DNA of 64,000 bases, taken from the NCBI GenBank assembly GCA_013141435.1, contig JABFQZ010000014.1, forward strand, positions 49,792-113,791, written 5' to 3'. Shown here in pieces: positions 1 to 9,406 of the stretch. The DNA comes from Ferruginibacter sp. (lineage in GTDB: Bacteria > Bacteroidota > Bacteroidia > Chitinophagales > Chitinophagaceae). The notes beneath the pieces are model-generated. The model was not told the origin of the DNA. It saw only the letters and a list, made by a program, of their open reading frames with translations, and did not search any database. The translations under genes were made by a program, and so were the position numbers. How positions within the stretch are numbered: position 1 is the first letter of the stretch; each line of letters starts with the position of its first letter.

Positions 1-46
1 TTTATTATTTTGTATCAATTTTACAACACTTATTATCACATAACTA

Positions 47-664
47 ATGTATAAATCTGCTCACTTTACCGAAACCAATACACAAGCAATAATTAATTTT
101 TTAAAAGCAAATTCATTTGCAATTATTACGGGTTTTGGTGCTACATATCCCGAATCTACTCAAATACCTTTAGAAATTGAAGAAAAAAATGGCAAAATTT
201 ATTTTAGTGGTCACCTTATGAAAAAAACTGACCACCACAAGGCTTTTGAAGAAAACGAAAATGTGTTGGTGCTTTTTACAGGACCACATTGTTATGTAAG
301 TGCAAGCTGGTACAATAACCCACAAAGCGCATCTACATGGAATTACATGACAGTACATGCCAAAGGAAAAATAAAATTTACAGACGAAGAAGGAACCTAC
401 AATATCATAAAAGTTCTTACCGAAAAGTATGAAAATGCAGAATCAATTGCAGCTTTTAATAAAATACCAAAAGAGTATATTATGCAGCACATAAAGGCCA
501 TTGTGGGTTTTAATATTGAGGTAGATAGTTTAGAAAATGTGTTTAAACTAAGTCAAAATAAAACAGAGGCTGAAAAAATAAATATTATATCCAAGTTGAG
601 AGAAAGAAATTGTACTGATGATGATATTCAAATTGCAAATGAGATAGAAAAAAGATTAAATTAA
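47..664 (+). CDS. paiB: FMN-binding negative transcriptional regulator (PaiB family)
   Basis: 205 aa; FTGPHCYVSASWY and STWNYMTVHAKG segments plus a C-terminal FKLSQNK are typical of PaiB split-barrel proteins. Confidence 0.85.
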   Translation: MYKSAHFTETNTQAIINFLKANSFAIITGFGATYPESTQIPLEIEEKNGKIYFSGHLMKKTDHHKAFEENENVLVLFTGPHCYVSASWYNNPQSASTWNYMTVHAKGKIKFTDEEGTYNIIKVLTEKYENAESIAAFNKIPKEYIMQHIKAIVGFNIEVDSLENVFKLSQNKTEAEKINIISKLRERNCTDDDIQIANEIEKRLN

Positions 665-670
665 TAAATA

Positions 671-1516
671 ATGCACCGCAACATACTTATACAACAAATA
701 AAACAGAAAAAAACTTACTTATGTGTAGGTTTAGATACCGATATTGATAAAATACCAAAGCACTTATTGCAAAATAAAAATGCTATAGTAGATTTTAATA
801 AAGCAATAATAGATGCTACAAAAAATTATTGCGTAAGCTATAAAATAAACACTGCTTTTTACGAAGCCCTTGGCAGCAAAGGTTGGGCAGCTATGGAAGA
901 AACCGTAGATTATATACCAAGCACACATTTAAAAATTGCCGATGCCAAGCGTGGAGATATTGGCAATACATCATCCCAATACGCAAAAGCATTTTTTGAA
1001 ACTTTAAAATTTGATGCTATTACCATAGCACCATACATGGGCGAAGATAGTATTAGGCCTTTTTTAGAATATGAAGATAAATGGACAATAGTGCTTGGGC
1101 TTACAAGTAATAAAGGTGCAGCAGATTTTGAAATGAAGCGTTTGGTTGGTGAGGTCACTAACAAAGGCGATGGGCAATTGCGAAGCGAATATTTGTATGA
1201 AAATGTAATAAAAAAAATTGCATTATGGGGCTCACCCAACAATTTAATGTTCGTAATTGGTGCTACACAAGCTAACGAGTTAGAAAATATAAGAACAATA
1301 ATTCCCCATAATTTTTTATTGATACCAGGCGTGGGGTTTCAAGGAGGCAGTTTAGCCGAAACAAGCAAACATGGCATGAATAAAGATTGTGGCTTATTGG
1401 TAAATGCCAGTCGTGCCATTATTTATGCAGGCAGTGGCGAAAATTTTGCGGCGGAAGCAGCTGAAATAGCAAAACAATATCAAACTGAAATGAGCAATTT
1501 TTTAGCCAATATTTGA
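671..1516 (+). CDS. pyrF: Orotidine-5'-phosphate decarboxylase (type 2)
   Basis: LCVGLDTD, YKINTAFYE, catalytic IADAKRGDIGNTS, LIPGVGFQGG, LVNASRAII. Confidence 0.95.
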   Translation: MHRNILIQQIKQKKTYLCVGLDTDIDKIPKHLLQNKNAIVDFNKAIIDATKNYCVSYKINTAFYEALGSKGWAAMEETVDYIPSTHLKIADAKRGDIGNTSSQYAKAFFETLKFDAITIAPYMGEDSIRPFLEYEDKWTIVLGLTSNKGAADFEMKRLVGEVTNKGDGQLRSEYLYENVIKKIALWGSPNNLMFVIGATQANELENIRTIIPHNFLLIPGVGFQGGSLAETSKHGMNKDCGLLVNASRAIIYAGSGENFAAEAAEIAKQYQTEMSNFLANI

Positions 1517-2098
1517 TTCTATTGTATCAGCCAATTTTTTTGCCCAATTAATATATTCCAAGCCCGATGGATGCAAACCATCGGCTGCTAAATACGCTTC
1601 CTTATTACCATTTAAAATTTGCTCTGTTGTTATATCAATAAAATAGCAGTTAAATTGAGAAGTAATTGTTTTACATACTTCGTTGTACATTTTAATTTCT
1701 GTTGCTATATCATTTGCATTACTTGTAGCAGCAAATGGTGTAACACCCCAATCGGGTATGCTCAATACAAATACATGATTTGAATTATTATTTGCAAATT
1801 TTATAGCCAATTGTAATAAGTGCGAAAACTCTGTTTCAAATTCTTTTACACTTCTACCTCTGTATTGATTATTTACACCAATTAACAAAGTAACTATATC
1901 ATAACTAGGCAAAAAAGTTGTTTTACTTATTGCTGTATCTAATTCATCAGTTGTCCAACCAGTTTTTGCTATAATTTCGGGAGCCGCTATTTTTATATTT
2001 TTTTTGCGAAGTAGTTGTACAGTCTGATAAGGATACGATTCGGAAAGCATCACACCCTCACCAATTGTGTAACTGTCGCCTAATGCTAAATAATTCAT
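1502..2098 (-). CDS. SGNH/GDSL hydrolase family protein
   Basis: Block I LALGDSYT, block III LIGVNNQY, block V DGLHPS; overlaps the pyrF 3' end convergently by 15 bp. Confidence 0.9.
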   Translation of the reverse strand: MNYLALGDSYTIGEGVMLSESYPYQTVQLLRKKNIKIAAPEIIAKTGWTTDELDTAISKTTFLPSYDIVTLLIGVNNQYRGRSVKEFETEFSHLLQLAIKFANNNSNHVFVLSIPDWGVTPFAATSNANDIATEIKMYNEVCKTITSQFNCYFIDITTEQILNGNKEAYLAADGLHPSGLEYINWAKKLADTIESNIG

Positions 2099-2107
2099 TG
2101 TAGTTAT

Positions 2108-3184
2108 TTAATAATTCATTGCCAATTTGAATTTAGCCCAAAGATCGCTATCAAAACTACTAGGGCCAAGTGCAGTAGTGCCTGCCGAGTCGCCAAGCCG
2201 TACTACAACAACATCTAAACTTGGTATCACATATATTTTTTTATCGTCTTTACCCAAAGCCATAACCATATCAGTCGGAGCGTTTGTATTTAAACTAGTA
2301 GGAAAAACCATTTGCGAACCTGGCACCATGGCACTAGCCTTACCATTGAGCCACCATAAATAACCATAGCTTAAATTTAGGTTTTGCGAAGTATTTACCA
2401 TAGCATTAAAATAAGTAGCATCATCAAGAACCGAAGTAGCATTCCATTTACCTTTGTTTAAAATTAATGAACCAAACCTTGCAGCTTCTCTGGTGGTGCA
2501 GTACATTATGTAATTTAACCAGAAAGCATTGGGCATACCAATTTTATCAAATAATTTTTGTTTGCAATAAGTATTAAATGTAGTGCCAGCTGCTGCTGCA
2601 ATTACATTTTGAACCAAATGATATGGAGCATTGTGGTATGCCCATCTGTTACCAGCATCAGCTTTATAAACAAGACATGCTGGTGTTGTACAATCTTGAT
2701 CGGGCACTCCATCATCTAACCCAGTGGTCATAGTTAGTTGGTTCTTTACGGTTATTAAATTTTCTTTTGCTAACGGCAGGCTTGTCCAACCAATACCAAG
2801 GTATTGCGATGTTTTATTGTTGATGTTAATGATACCTTCTTTTTGAGCTATACCTGCTACAAATGCTGCTACACTTTTGCCAGCACTGGCTATATAATAT
2901 TTGGTATCTTTTGTCCAACTATTCCAATATTGTTCTTTTACAATTTTGCCTTTGTGCAGCACTATTAATCCATAAGTATTTTTTGTAGCTGCATAGTCAA
3001 ATGCAGCTTGCAAATTTGTTTCGTTCCAATTTATTGATGAGGCAGTTTTGGTATCCCAAGTATCGCTTGTAGTTGGCGGAAAATAATACGAATCGGTTGT
3101 TGGTGTTGGTGTAGCATCGGGCACGGGGCTTTTGTGGCAGCTCAGTAATATTGCTATAACAGAAATGCTTATAATTATTTTCAT
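2108..3184 (-). CDS. Serine hydrolase, beta-lactamase class C-like, lipoprotein
   Basis: Lipobox-like LLSC at residue 15, SxxK motif (SAGK), WAYHN, YGYLWWLN, VVVRLG. Confidence 0.85.
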   Translation of the reverse strand: MKIIISISVIAILLSCHKSPVPDATPTPTTDSYYFPPTTSDTWDTKTASSINWNETNLQAAFDYAATKNTYGLIVLHKGKIVKEQYWNSWTKDTKYYIASAGKSVAAFVAGIAQKEGIININNKTSQYLGIGWTSLPLAKENLITVKNQLTMTTGLDDGVPDQDCTTPACLVYKADAGNRWAYHNAPYHLVQNVIAAAAGTTFNTYCKQKLFDKIGMPNAFWLNYIMYCTTREAARFGSLILNKGKWNATSVLDDATYFNAMVNTSQNLNLSYGYLWWLNGKASAMVPGSQMVFPTSLNTNAPTDMVMALGKDDKKIYVIPSLDVVVVRLGDSAGTTALGPSSFDSDLWAKFKLAMNY

Positions 3185-3498
3185 AAACGTTATTTTTTAT
3201 TGGACTTTGGAAGTTATATTTAGTTTAAAGGTATTAATTTACAACTACGCAAAATAAAAAATTGTTAAATAATACTTCCACAAAATACTATTTACTATTA
3301 GTATAATTTTCATTGCGGCATAAAGTATTGCCTAGGTAAAAGCTTAATTGAAATACAACTTTTCAAATGTGCGACGCCAATGAAGCCGAATACAGAACAA
3401 ATGCTTGTTACCAAAAAATAAAAAATGATTACAATTATGTTAATGCATTTCCATTTAATACTATCGTTTAATGCTAAATATTTCTTCATTTTATGTGC

Positions 3499-4653
3499 TT
3501 AAATGTTAGCAATTTCTCTCCAAGATACAAGGCCAATATCATTATTTAAAATTTCATTTTTAGTTCCGCCATACAATAACATTACTGTGGCATTTTGATT
3601 ATATTTTTTCCAATATTTCAAACCCTGAAAATCTTTACTATCTAATTTTTTTGCAGATTTAATTTCAATTCCTATTAAATCACTATTTTTTTCTAATAAC
3701 AAATCAATTTCATTACCTGCGCTATCTCTAAAAAAAAACATTCCTCCATTTACGCCTTCATTCGTTCTGTTTTTTTTAATTTCTGTAATATTCCAGTTTT
3801 CAAAAATTGCTCCATATCTAGCATGTTTTATCAAATTTAATTGGTTGGTAATACCTAGCAAATAACACAACAACCCTGTATCATAAAAATATAATTTTGG
3901 GCTTTTTACAATGCGTTTGTTTAAATTGTTGTGCCATGGTTGTAGCAAATAAATAATATAACTGCTTTCTAATACGCCTAGCCAAGCCTGTATAGTTTTT
4001 GCATCTACACCTACAGTTTTAGCCAATTCATCTTTGTTTAATAACTGCCCAGCATAATTTGCACATAAATAAATAAACCTATTAAAAGCTGCAAAGTTTG
4101 TGATGTTTCTAAGTAAGCGTACATCTCTTTGCAAATAGGTTTGTACATAAGCATTCATCCATTTGGTAGGGTTCAGTTTTTCGTTCCATATTTCTGGATA
4201 GCCTCCCATTAGTATATGATGATTTACGTTGCTTGTGGCTAGTTTTGCTTTTTGTAATTCTGCATACGATAGTGGCAATAATTCTAAATAGCCTGCACGC
4301 CCTGCTAATGATTGACTAATTTGCTCTTGCAATAAAAAATTATTAGACCCTGTAAGGATAAATTGCCCTCGTTTTGAATTCGTATCTAGCATGCCCTGCA
4401 ATTGTCTAAATACATTAGGCACACGCTGCACTTCATCAAAAATAGCTCCCTTGGCATATTTTTTCATAAAATTTTCAATATTATCATCGGCTTCATTTTG
4501 CAATAATGGGTTTTCAAAACTTAAGTATGGTTTGCCTTTAAATAGCATTTTACTTATAGTAGTTTTACCGCTTTGCCTTGGTCCAGTTACACACATAGCT
4601 CTAAACTGTGTAAGAGAGTACTTAGCATCTTTTAATATTTGTCTTTCTATCAT
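3499..4653 (-). CDS. AAA+ ATPase with C-terminal DUF4143 / PD-(D/E)XK nuclease-like domain (AAA_14 family)
   Basis: Walker A GPRQSGKTT, Walker B IFDEVQ, ILTGS, KSPKLYFYDTGLL, EIDLL...IEIKS. ATG at 4653 preferred over the TTG at 4671. Confidence 0.88.
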   Translation of the reverse strand: MIERQILKDAKYSLTQFRAMCVTGPRQSGKTTISKMLFKGKPYLSFENPLLQNEADDNIENFMKKYAKGAIFDEVQRVPNVFRQLQGMLDTNSKRGQFILTGSNNFLLQEQISQSLAGRAGYLELLPLSYAELQKAKLATSNVNHHILMGGYPEIWNEKLNPTKWMNAYVQTYLQRDVRLLRNITNFAAFNRFIYLCANYAGQLLNKDELAKTVGVDAKTIQAWLGVLESSYIIYLLQPWHNNLNKRIVKSPKLYFYDTGLLCYLLGITNQLNLIKHARYGAIFENWNITEIKKNRTNEGVNGGMFFFRDSAGNEIDLLLEKNSDLIGIEIKSAKKLDSKDFQGLKYWKKYNQNATVMLLYGGTKNEILNNDIGLVSWREIANI

Positions 4654-4656
4654 ACG

Positions 4657-4836
4657 ATTCCGTTTTTGCAAAAATATGTAAAAATGGAATACAATTCCGT
4701 TTTTACATAATATTACAATTATGGAATCAAATTCCCGATTTACATAAATATGTAAATCAGGAATTTAAAAATAAAAATATACAGCGACAAAAAATACTAA
4801 ATTCCCGATTTGCATAAACATGCAAATCGGGAATTT
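4657..4836. repeat. Array of four related ~34-38 bp dyad-symmetric elements upstream of the ATPase
   Basis: ATTCC starts at 4657, 4694, 4731 and 4801; consensus ATTCC-nn-TTTRCA-N6-TGYAAA-nn-GGAAT; copy 4 (4799-4836) is a perfect 17-bp inverted repeat, copy 2 has a degenerate right arm. Confidence 0.85.
4669..4676 (-). promoter_or_regulatory. Bacteroidota sigma-A -7 element for the ATPase gene
   Basis: Minus strand TATTTTTG matches TAnnTTTG, 15 nt upstream of the ATG at 4653; lies inside dyad copy 1. Confidence 0.5.
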
Positions 4837-5160
4837 TTGTCTGTATTACAATGTTAGTATGCATTTTAACAGTTTAAAACCATGTGAAAAATTACTATTA
4901 TATATTCTCACCATCCTTTTTTACAAATTTATTTGCATACACTCTATTGGTATATTTCAAAAAAAATAATTCCTTCTTAGAAAATAATAATAAGTAATTT
5001 GTTTAATAACAAAACAAAAGATGCCTTCTAATCACCTATCTTATATAACCATATTAATTAAAAAGGCAAGTACCTTTATACCTAAAACATAAAAGTATAA
5101 GAAAGACAAAAAAAACAAAACTTTGTCGCAATTTTACCCCAATTTCAATGACAATGATAG

Positions 5161-5168
5161 TATCTTTG
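5161..5168 (+). promoter_or_regulatory. Bacteroidota sigma-A -7 element
   Basis: TATCTTTG, 78 nt upstream of the acyl-CoA dehydrogenase ATG; no well-spaced -33 TTTG found. Confidence 0.55.
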
Positions 5169-5246
5169 TGTAATTAAGTAAGTTACTAATAAATAAAACA
5201 CCTTAATATAAATACATCAATACTAGGTACTAAATACTTTAAAATT

Positions 5247-6431
5247 ATGGCTATAAAAACAGATAATTTTCAATCACCAGATTACTTTAATGTAGATGAA
5301 TTATTGACAGAAGAACAAAAACTGATAAGAGAAAGTGTACGCAGCTATGTAAAAAAAGAAATTTCGCCTATTATAGAAGATTATGCACAAAGGGCTGAGT
5401 TTCCACAACAAATAATTAAACAACTTGGCGACCTAGGATGCTTTGGACCAACAGTGCCTGAGCAGTATGGTGGTGGTGGGTTAGATTATATTTCGTACGG
5501 ATTAATGATGCAAGAGTTAGAAAGAGGTGATAGTGGCGTAAGAAGTACTGCTAGTGTACAAGGCAGTTTGGTTATGTTTCCTATTTACCAATATGGCAGC
5601 GAAGCCCAACGCAATAAATATTTGCCAAAGCTTGCAAGTGGTGAGTGGCTTGGCTGCTTTGGCCTTACCGAACCCAACCATGGTAGTGACCCTAGCAGTA
5701 TGCTTACCAATATAAAAGATGCAGGCGAACATGTAATATTAAACGGTGCCAAAATGTGGATTAGCAATGCACCCTTTGCACAAGTAGCTGTAGTATGGGC
5801 TCGCAATGAGCAAAATGAAATACAAGGCATAATTGTAGAAAGAGGTATGGAAGGTTTTACAACTCCTACCACTCATGGCAAATGGAGCCTACGTGCAAGT
5901 GCCACTGGCGAGCTAGTATTTGATAATGTAAAAGTACCTAAAGAAAATATTTTGCCCAATGTAAAAGGCCTAAAAGGACCATTGGGTTGTCTTACCAAAG
6001 CTAGGTATGGCATAGCCTGGGGTGCTATTGGTGCAGCTATGGATTGCTACTATATTGCATTGGAGTACAGCAAAGAGCGTATCCAGTTTGGCAGACCAAT
6101 AGGAGGCTTTCAATTACAACAAAAAAAATTGGCCGAAATGGTAACAGAAATTACCAAAGCACAATTGCTAAATTGGAGAATGGGCGTATTAATGAATGAA
6201 GGTAAAGTTACTCCACAACAAGTAAGCATGGCCAAACGAAATGCTTGCGAAGTGGCAACAAATATAGCAAGAGATGCACGACAAATGCTAGGCGGAATGG
6301 GTATTACAGGCGAATACCCAGTAATGCGCCACATGATGAATTTGGAAAGTGTAATTACCTACGAAGGCACACACGATATTCATTTGCTTATAACAGGAAT
6401 GGATGTAACTGGTTTTAATGCGTTTAAATAA
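5247..6431 (+). CDS. gcdH: Acyl-CoA dehydrogenase, most likely glutaryl-CoA dehydrogenase
   Basis: ELERGDSGVRS, GCFGLTEPNHGSDP, LNGAKMWISN, KWSLRASATG, ITYEGTHDIH are characteristic of the GCDH clade. Confidence 0.85.
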   Translation: MAIKTDNFQSPDYFNVDELLTEEQKLIRESVRSYVKKEISPIIEDYAQRAEFPQQIIKQLGDLGCFGPTVPEQYGGGGLDYISYGLMMQELERGDSGVRSTASVQGSLVMFPIYQYGSEAQRNKYLPKLASGEWLGCFGLTEPNHGSDPSSMLTNIKDAGEHVILNGAKMWISNAPFAQVAVVWARNEQNEIQGIIVERGMEGFTTPTTHGKWSLRASATGELVFDNVKVPKENILPNVKGLKGPLGCLTKARYGIAWGAIGAAMDCYYIALEYSKERIQFGRPIGGFQLQQKKLAEMVTEITKAQLLNWRMGVLMNEGKVTPQQVSMAKRNACEVATNIARDARQMLGGMGITGEYPVMRHMMNLESVITYEGTHDIHLLITGMDVTGFNAFK

Positions 6432-6611
6432 TAAGGTTTAATTTTTTTTTGATTTCAACATTTAATCTTTAATGAATTTTATAGGCGTCGCACCCATCAA
6501 CATTTTATCTTTACTCATCTTTAATTTTGCAAAATATAAATGCTAAATAAATATTTATAACCTTGCGTATTTGCTCCATTGCGAGCATTGCGTGAAAACA
6601 AAAAAATAAAA

Positions 6612-7502
6612 ATGACTAACATTAGCGTAATAGGCGCAGGCCAAATGGGGAATGGCATAGCACACGTATTTGCACAAGCAAATTTTAAAGTAACATTAAT
6701 AGATGTAAATGCCGAGCAACTTGCAAAAGCAATTACTACTATCAACAAAAATTTTGATAGACAAATAGCCAAAGGCACATTAACTGAAGCCGACAAAACA
6801 AATGCTTTAAATAATATTACAACAAATACCGACTTAGCAAGTGGTGTAAGCAATGCAAACTTAGTTGTAGAAGCGGCTACTGAAAATATTGACTTAAAAT
6901 TAAAAATATTTAAAGCAATAGATGAAGCTGCACCAACAGCTTGTATATTGGCTACAAACACATCATCTATATCTATCACAAAAATAGCAGCTGCAACAAA
7001 TAGACCACAAGATGTAATAGGCATGCACTTTATGAACCCCGTACCAGTAATGAAATTGGTAGAAATTATAAATGGCTATGCTACAAAAAAAGAAGTTACA
7101 AATACCATTGTAGAGCTAAGTAAAAAACTTGGCAAAACACCATGTGTAGTAAATGATTACCCAGGGTTTGTAGCCAACCGTATTTTAATGCCCATGATAA
7201 ACGAAGCTATTACTACTTTATTTGAAGGTGTAGCAGGCGTAGCAGAAATAGATACTGTTATGAAACTTGGCATGGCACACCCAATGGGACCATTGCAACT
7301 TGCCGATTTTATAGGTTTAGATACTTGCTTATCAATATTAAAAGTATTGCATGATGGCTTTGGTAACCCTAAATATGCACCTTGCCCTTTATTGGTAAAT
7401 ATGGTAACTGCAGGCAAACTTGGTGTAAAAAGTAGCGAAGGTTTTTACGCATATACTGCAAGCAACAAAGATTTAATTGTGAGTGATGCATTTATAAAAT
7501 AG
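6612..7502 (+). CDS. hbd: 3-hydroxybutyryl-CoA dehydrogenase
   Basis: GAGQMGNG Rossmann motif, LATNTSSISIT, GMHFMNPVP, PMGPLQLADFIGLD; ATG at 6612 preferred over the TTG at 6579. Confidence 0.92.
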   Translation: MTNISVIGAGQMGNGIAHVFAQANFKVTLIDVNAEQLAKAITTINKNFDRQIAKGTLTEADKTNALNNITTNTDLASGVSNANLVVEAATENIDLKLKIFKAIDEAAPTACILATNTSSISITKIAAATNRPQDVIGMHFMNPVPVMKLVEIINGYATKKEVTNTIVELSKKLGKTPCVVNDYPGFVANRILMPMINEAITTLFEGVAGVAEIDTVMKLGMAHPMGPLQLADFIGLDTCLSILKVLHDGFGNPKYAPCPLLVNMVTAGKLGVKSSEGFYAYTASNKDLIVSDAFIK

Positions 7503-7599
7503 AATTTGTACTACTACCACACAAACACAGGCATTTCAAAATAAATTATACATCAATATTTATCTTCTCTTTGTACTATATAATTTAACCTGAATTCAA

Positions 7600-7804
7600 A
7601 ACGTAACAATTATCCTAAATATCAATTAAATCTAGGATTTTTATTAAATTGTGGTGAACACTTTATATTCAGTTACTTCACCAATTCAAAAGTTTCCTTT
7701 TGACCAGCTCAATATCTCCGTTCAAAACTTTTTGTATTGTTGGTTGCCTCATTTGTAGTTATACTTGTATTATTTGTATATTTAACATCAATTAGGCAAT
7801 TATG
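7600..7804 (+). pseudogene. Frameshifted 3' remnant of a Bacteroidota membrane protein gene
   Basis: Allowing two 1-nt frameshifts, 7629-7804 reads NLGFLLN-(I)-VVNTLYSVTSPIQKFPFDQLNISVQNFLYCWLP-(S)-FVVILVLFVYLTSIRQL*. This resembles, from memory, a Bacteroidota hypothetical membrane family ending QFAFDQPN...WLP.F.VP.VLF.HL.SIRQL. Confidence 0.45.
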
Positions 7805-9274
7805 AAAATCAAAAAAATAACAATAAATAATAGCATATTTATGAAATCAAAACTTACAACTTGTACATTTTTAAAAGTAAAATCATTGATTATTTTACTT
7901 TGCTATTCAATTACATGCTTTTCACAAAAGACATTGGCACAAAAGCCATTATTTGTAGTAAAAAACATCAATATCATAACCATGACATCTTCAAATACCA
8001 TTTTAGAAAATGCAACAGTGGTTATTTCTAAAAATTTTATTGAATCAATAAACGGTGTTATTCCTAAAAATGCTACAATTATTGATGGTAAAGGCAAATG
8101 GCTTATTCCTGGCTTAATAGATATGCACGTACACATACCTACAGATGGCGGTCCATTTGGGCCAAAAATACCAACACAAGGCGCCACTTTTTTTATGGAT
8201 ATTCAAAATTACATGACGCTTTATAATGCAAATGGAGTTACTACCATTTTTGATTTAGGCTCTAGAGCAGAACATTTTGGGCAAAGAAATGAAATAGGAA
8301 AAGGGCATGTAATAGGCCCTAGAATGGCTTTGGCTGCAATGATTGATGGAGGCGAAGGGCAAGGAAGAAGAGCAAATACTGCTGAAGATGGAAGGCAAGC
8401 TGTACGCTTTGCAAAAGCAGAAGGCTATGAATTTATTAAAATATATTCAGATTTGAATATTGAAACCTTTAATGCCATTATTGATGAAGCAAATATACAA
8501 GGTCTTAAAACAATTGGTCATATACCTGATTCGTTTCAAGGGAAATTAAAAGATGCATTTGTACCACATTTTGGCATGGTGGCACATGCTGAGGAATTAA
8601 CTAAACATGCAATAAAATTTGACAAGACAGAAGCTAAAGAAATGGCAGAAATGCTCAAGAAAAATGAAACATGGTTTTGTCCTACTTTAATAACAATAGA
8701 ATGGATATTAAAACAAGTAAAATCCCTTGATGACACTAAGGCATTGCCAACACTCAAATATGTACATCCACTTACGCAAAGTAAATGGCTTACTGCTAAC
8801 AAGTATAACCAATGGTCTGATTCGGCAACTATAGCTAAATTTGAAAACTATGTAAAATTTAATAACTATTTGGTACAAGCTTGCAAACAAATAGGAGTGC
8901 CAATTGTTGCAGGTACCGATGCTGGCACCTCTAGTGTAGTGCCAGGGTTTACCATGCATGACGAACTAGAGCTTTATGTAGCTGCAGGACTTACACCACA
9001 AGAAGCCTTAGCTTCTGCTACAAGGCTGCCTGCCAATTGGCTAGGTATTGAAAGTATTGTAGGTTCTATTGAAAAAGGTAAATTGGCAGATTTGGTTTTG
9101 CTTGATGCAAATCCATTAGACAATATAAATAATACTAGAAAAATAGCAGGAGTTTTTATAAACGGAGTATGGATTGATAAAAAGAAAATTGATTCTACTC
9201 TTGCTGAGTTAGCAAAATGGAATAATGCAAACAAAGATAAATTTGATTGGAAAACAATGATGAAAAAGAAGTAG
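7802..9274 (+). CDS. Amidohydrolase family protein, secreted
   Basis: IDGKGKWLIPGLIDMHVH (HxH), AGTDAG, GSIEKGKLADLVLLDANP; signal-peptide-like N-terminus; start could be 7802 or 7841. Confidence 0.88.
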   Translation: MKIKKITINNSIFMKSKLTTCTFLKVKSLIILLCYSITCFSQKTLAQKPLFVVKNINIITMTSSNTILENATVVISKNFIESINGVIPKNATIIDGKGKWLIPGLIDMHVHIPTDGGPFGPKIPTQGATFFMDIQNYMTLYNANGVTTIFDLGSRAEHFGQRNEIGKGHVIGPRMALAAMIDGGEGQGRRANTAEDGRQAVRFAKAEGYEFIKIYSDLNIETFNAIIDEANIQGLKTIGHIPDSFQGKLKDAFVPHFGMVAHAEELTKHAIKFDKTEAKEMAEMLKKNETWFCPTLITIEWILKQVKSLDDTKALPTLKYVHPLTQSKWLTANKYNQWSDSATIAKFENYVKFNNYLVQACKQIGVPIVAGTDAGTSSVVPGFTMHDELELYVAAGLTPQEALASATRLPANWLGIESIVGSIEKGKLADLVLLDANPLDNINNTRKIAGVFINGVWIDKKKIDSTLAELAKWNNANKDKFDWKTMMKKK

Positions 9275-9406
9275 TAGGAGAAAAAAGTAAAATGAAAGAA
9301 CTAATTATATTTTAATAAAACTGCGTTCACCACTTTTTTTGAAACAAATGTGAACAAAAAATTCAAGATTTGGTAAAAAAGTTTAGAAAAGGTGTAATAC
9401 TGAAAG

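Noticed and set aside
1180-1186. Second GCGAAGC, inside pyrF
   Set aside because: Coding position with no NusG paralog or long operon downstream; likely chance
4657-4836. Dyad array as a CRISPR array
   Set aside because: Gaps between the first three units are only about 3 nt, there are no unique spacers, units diverge from each other, and no cas gene is present
4880-4985. Possible decayed signal-peptide ORF (ATG TGA AAA TTA CTA TTA TAT...)
   Set aside because: Immediate stop and only a generic hydrophobic run, easily produced by AT-rich DNA; no recognisable family
6521-7024. 167-aa minus-strand ORF
   Set aside because: Antisense shadow of hbd
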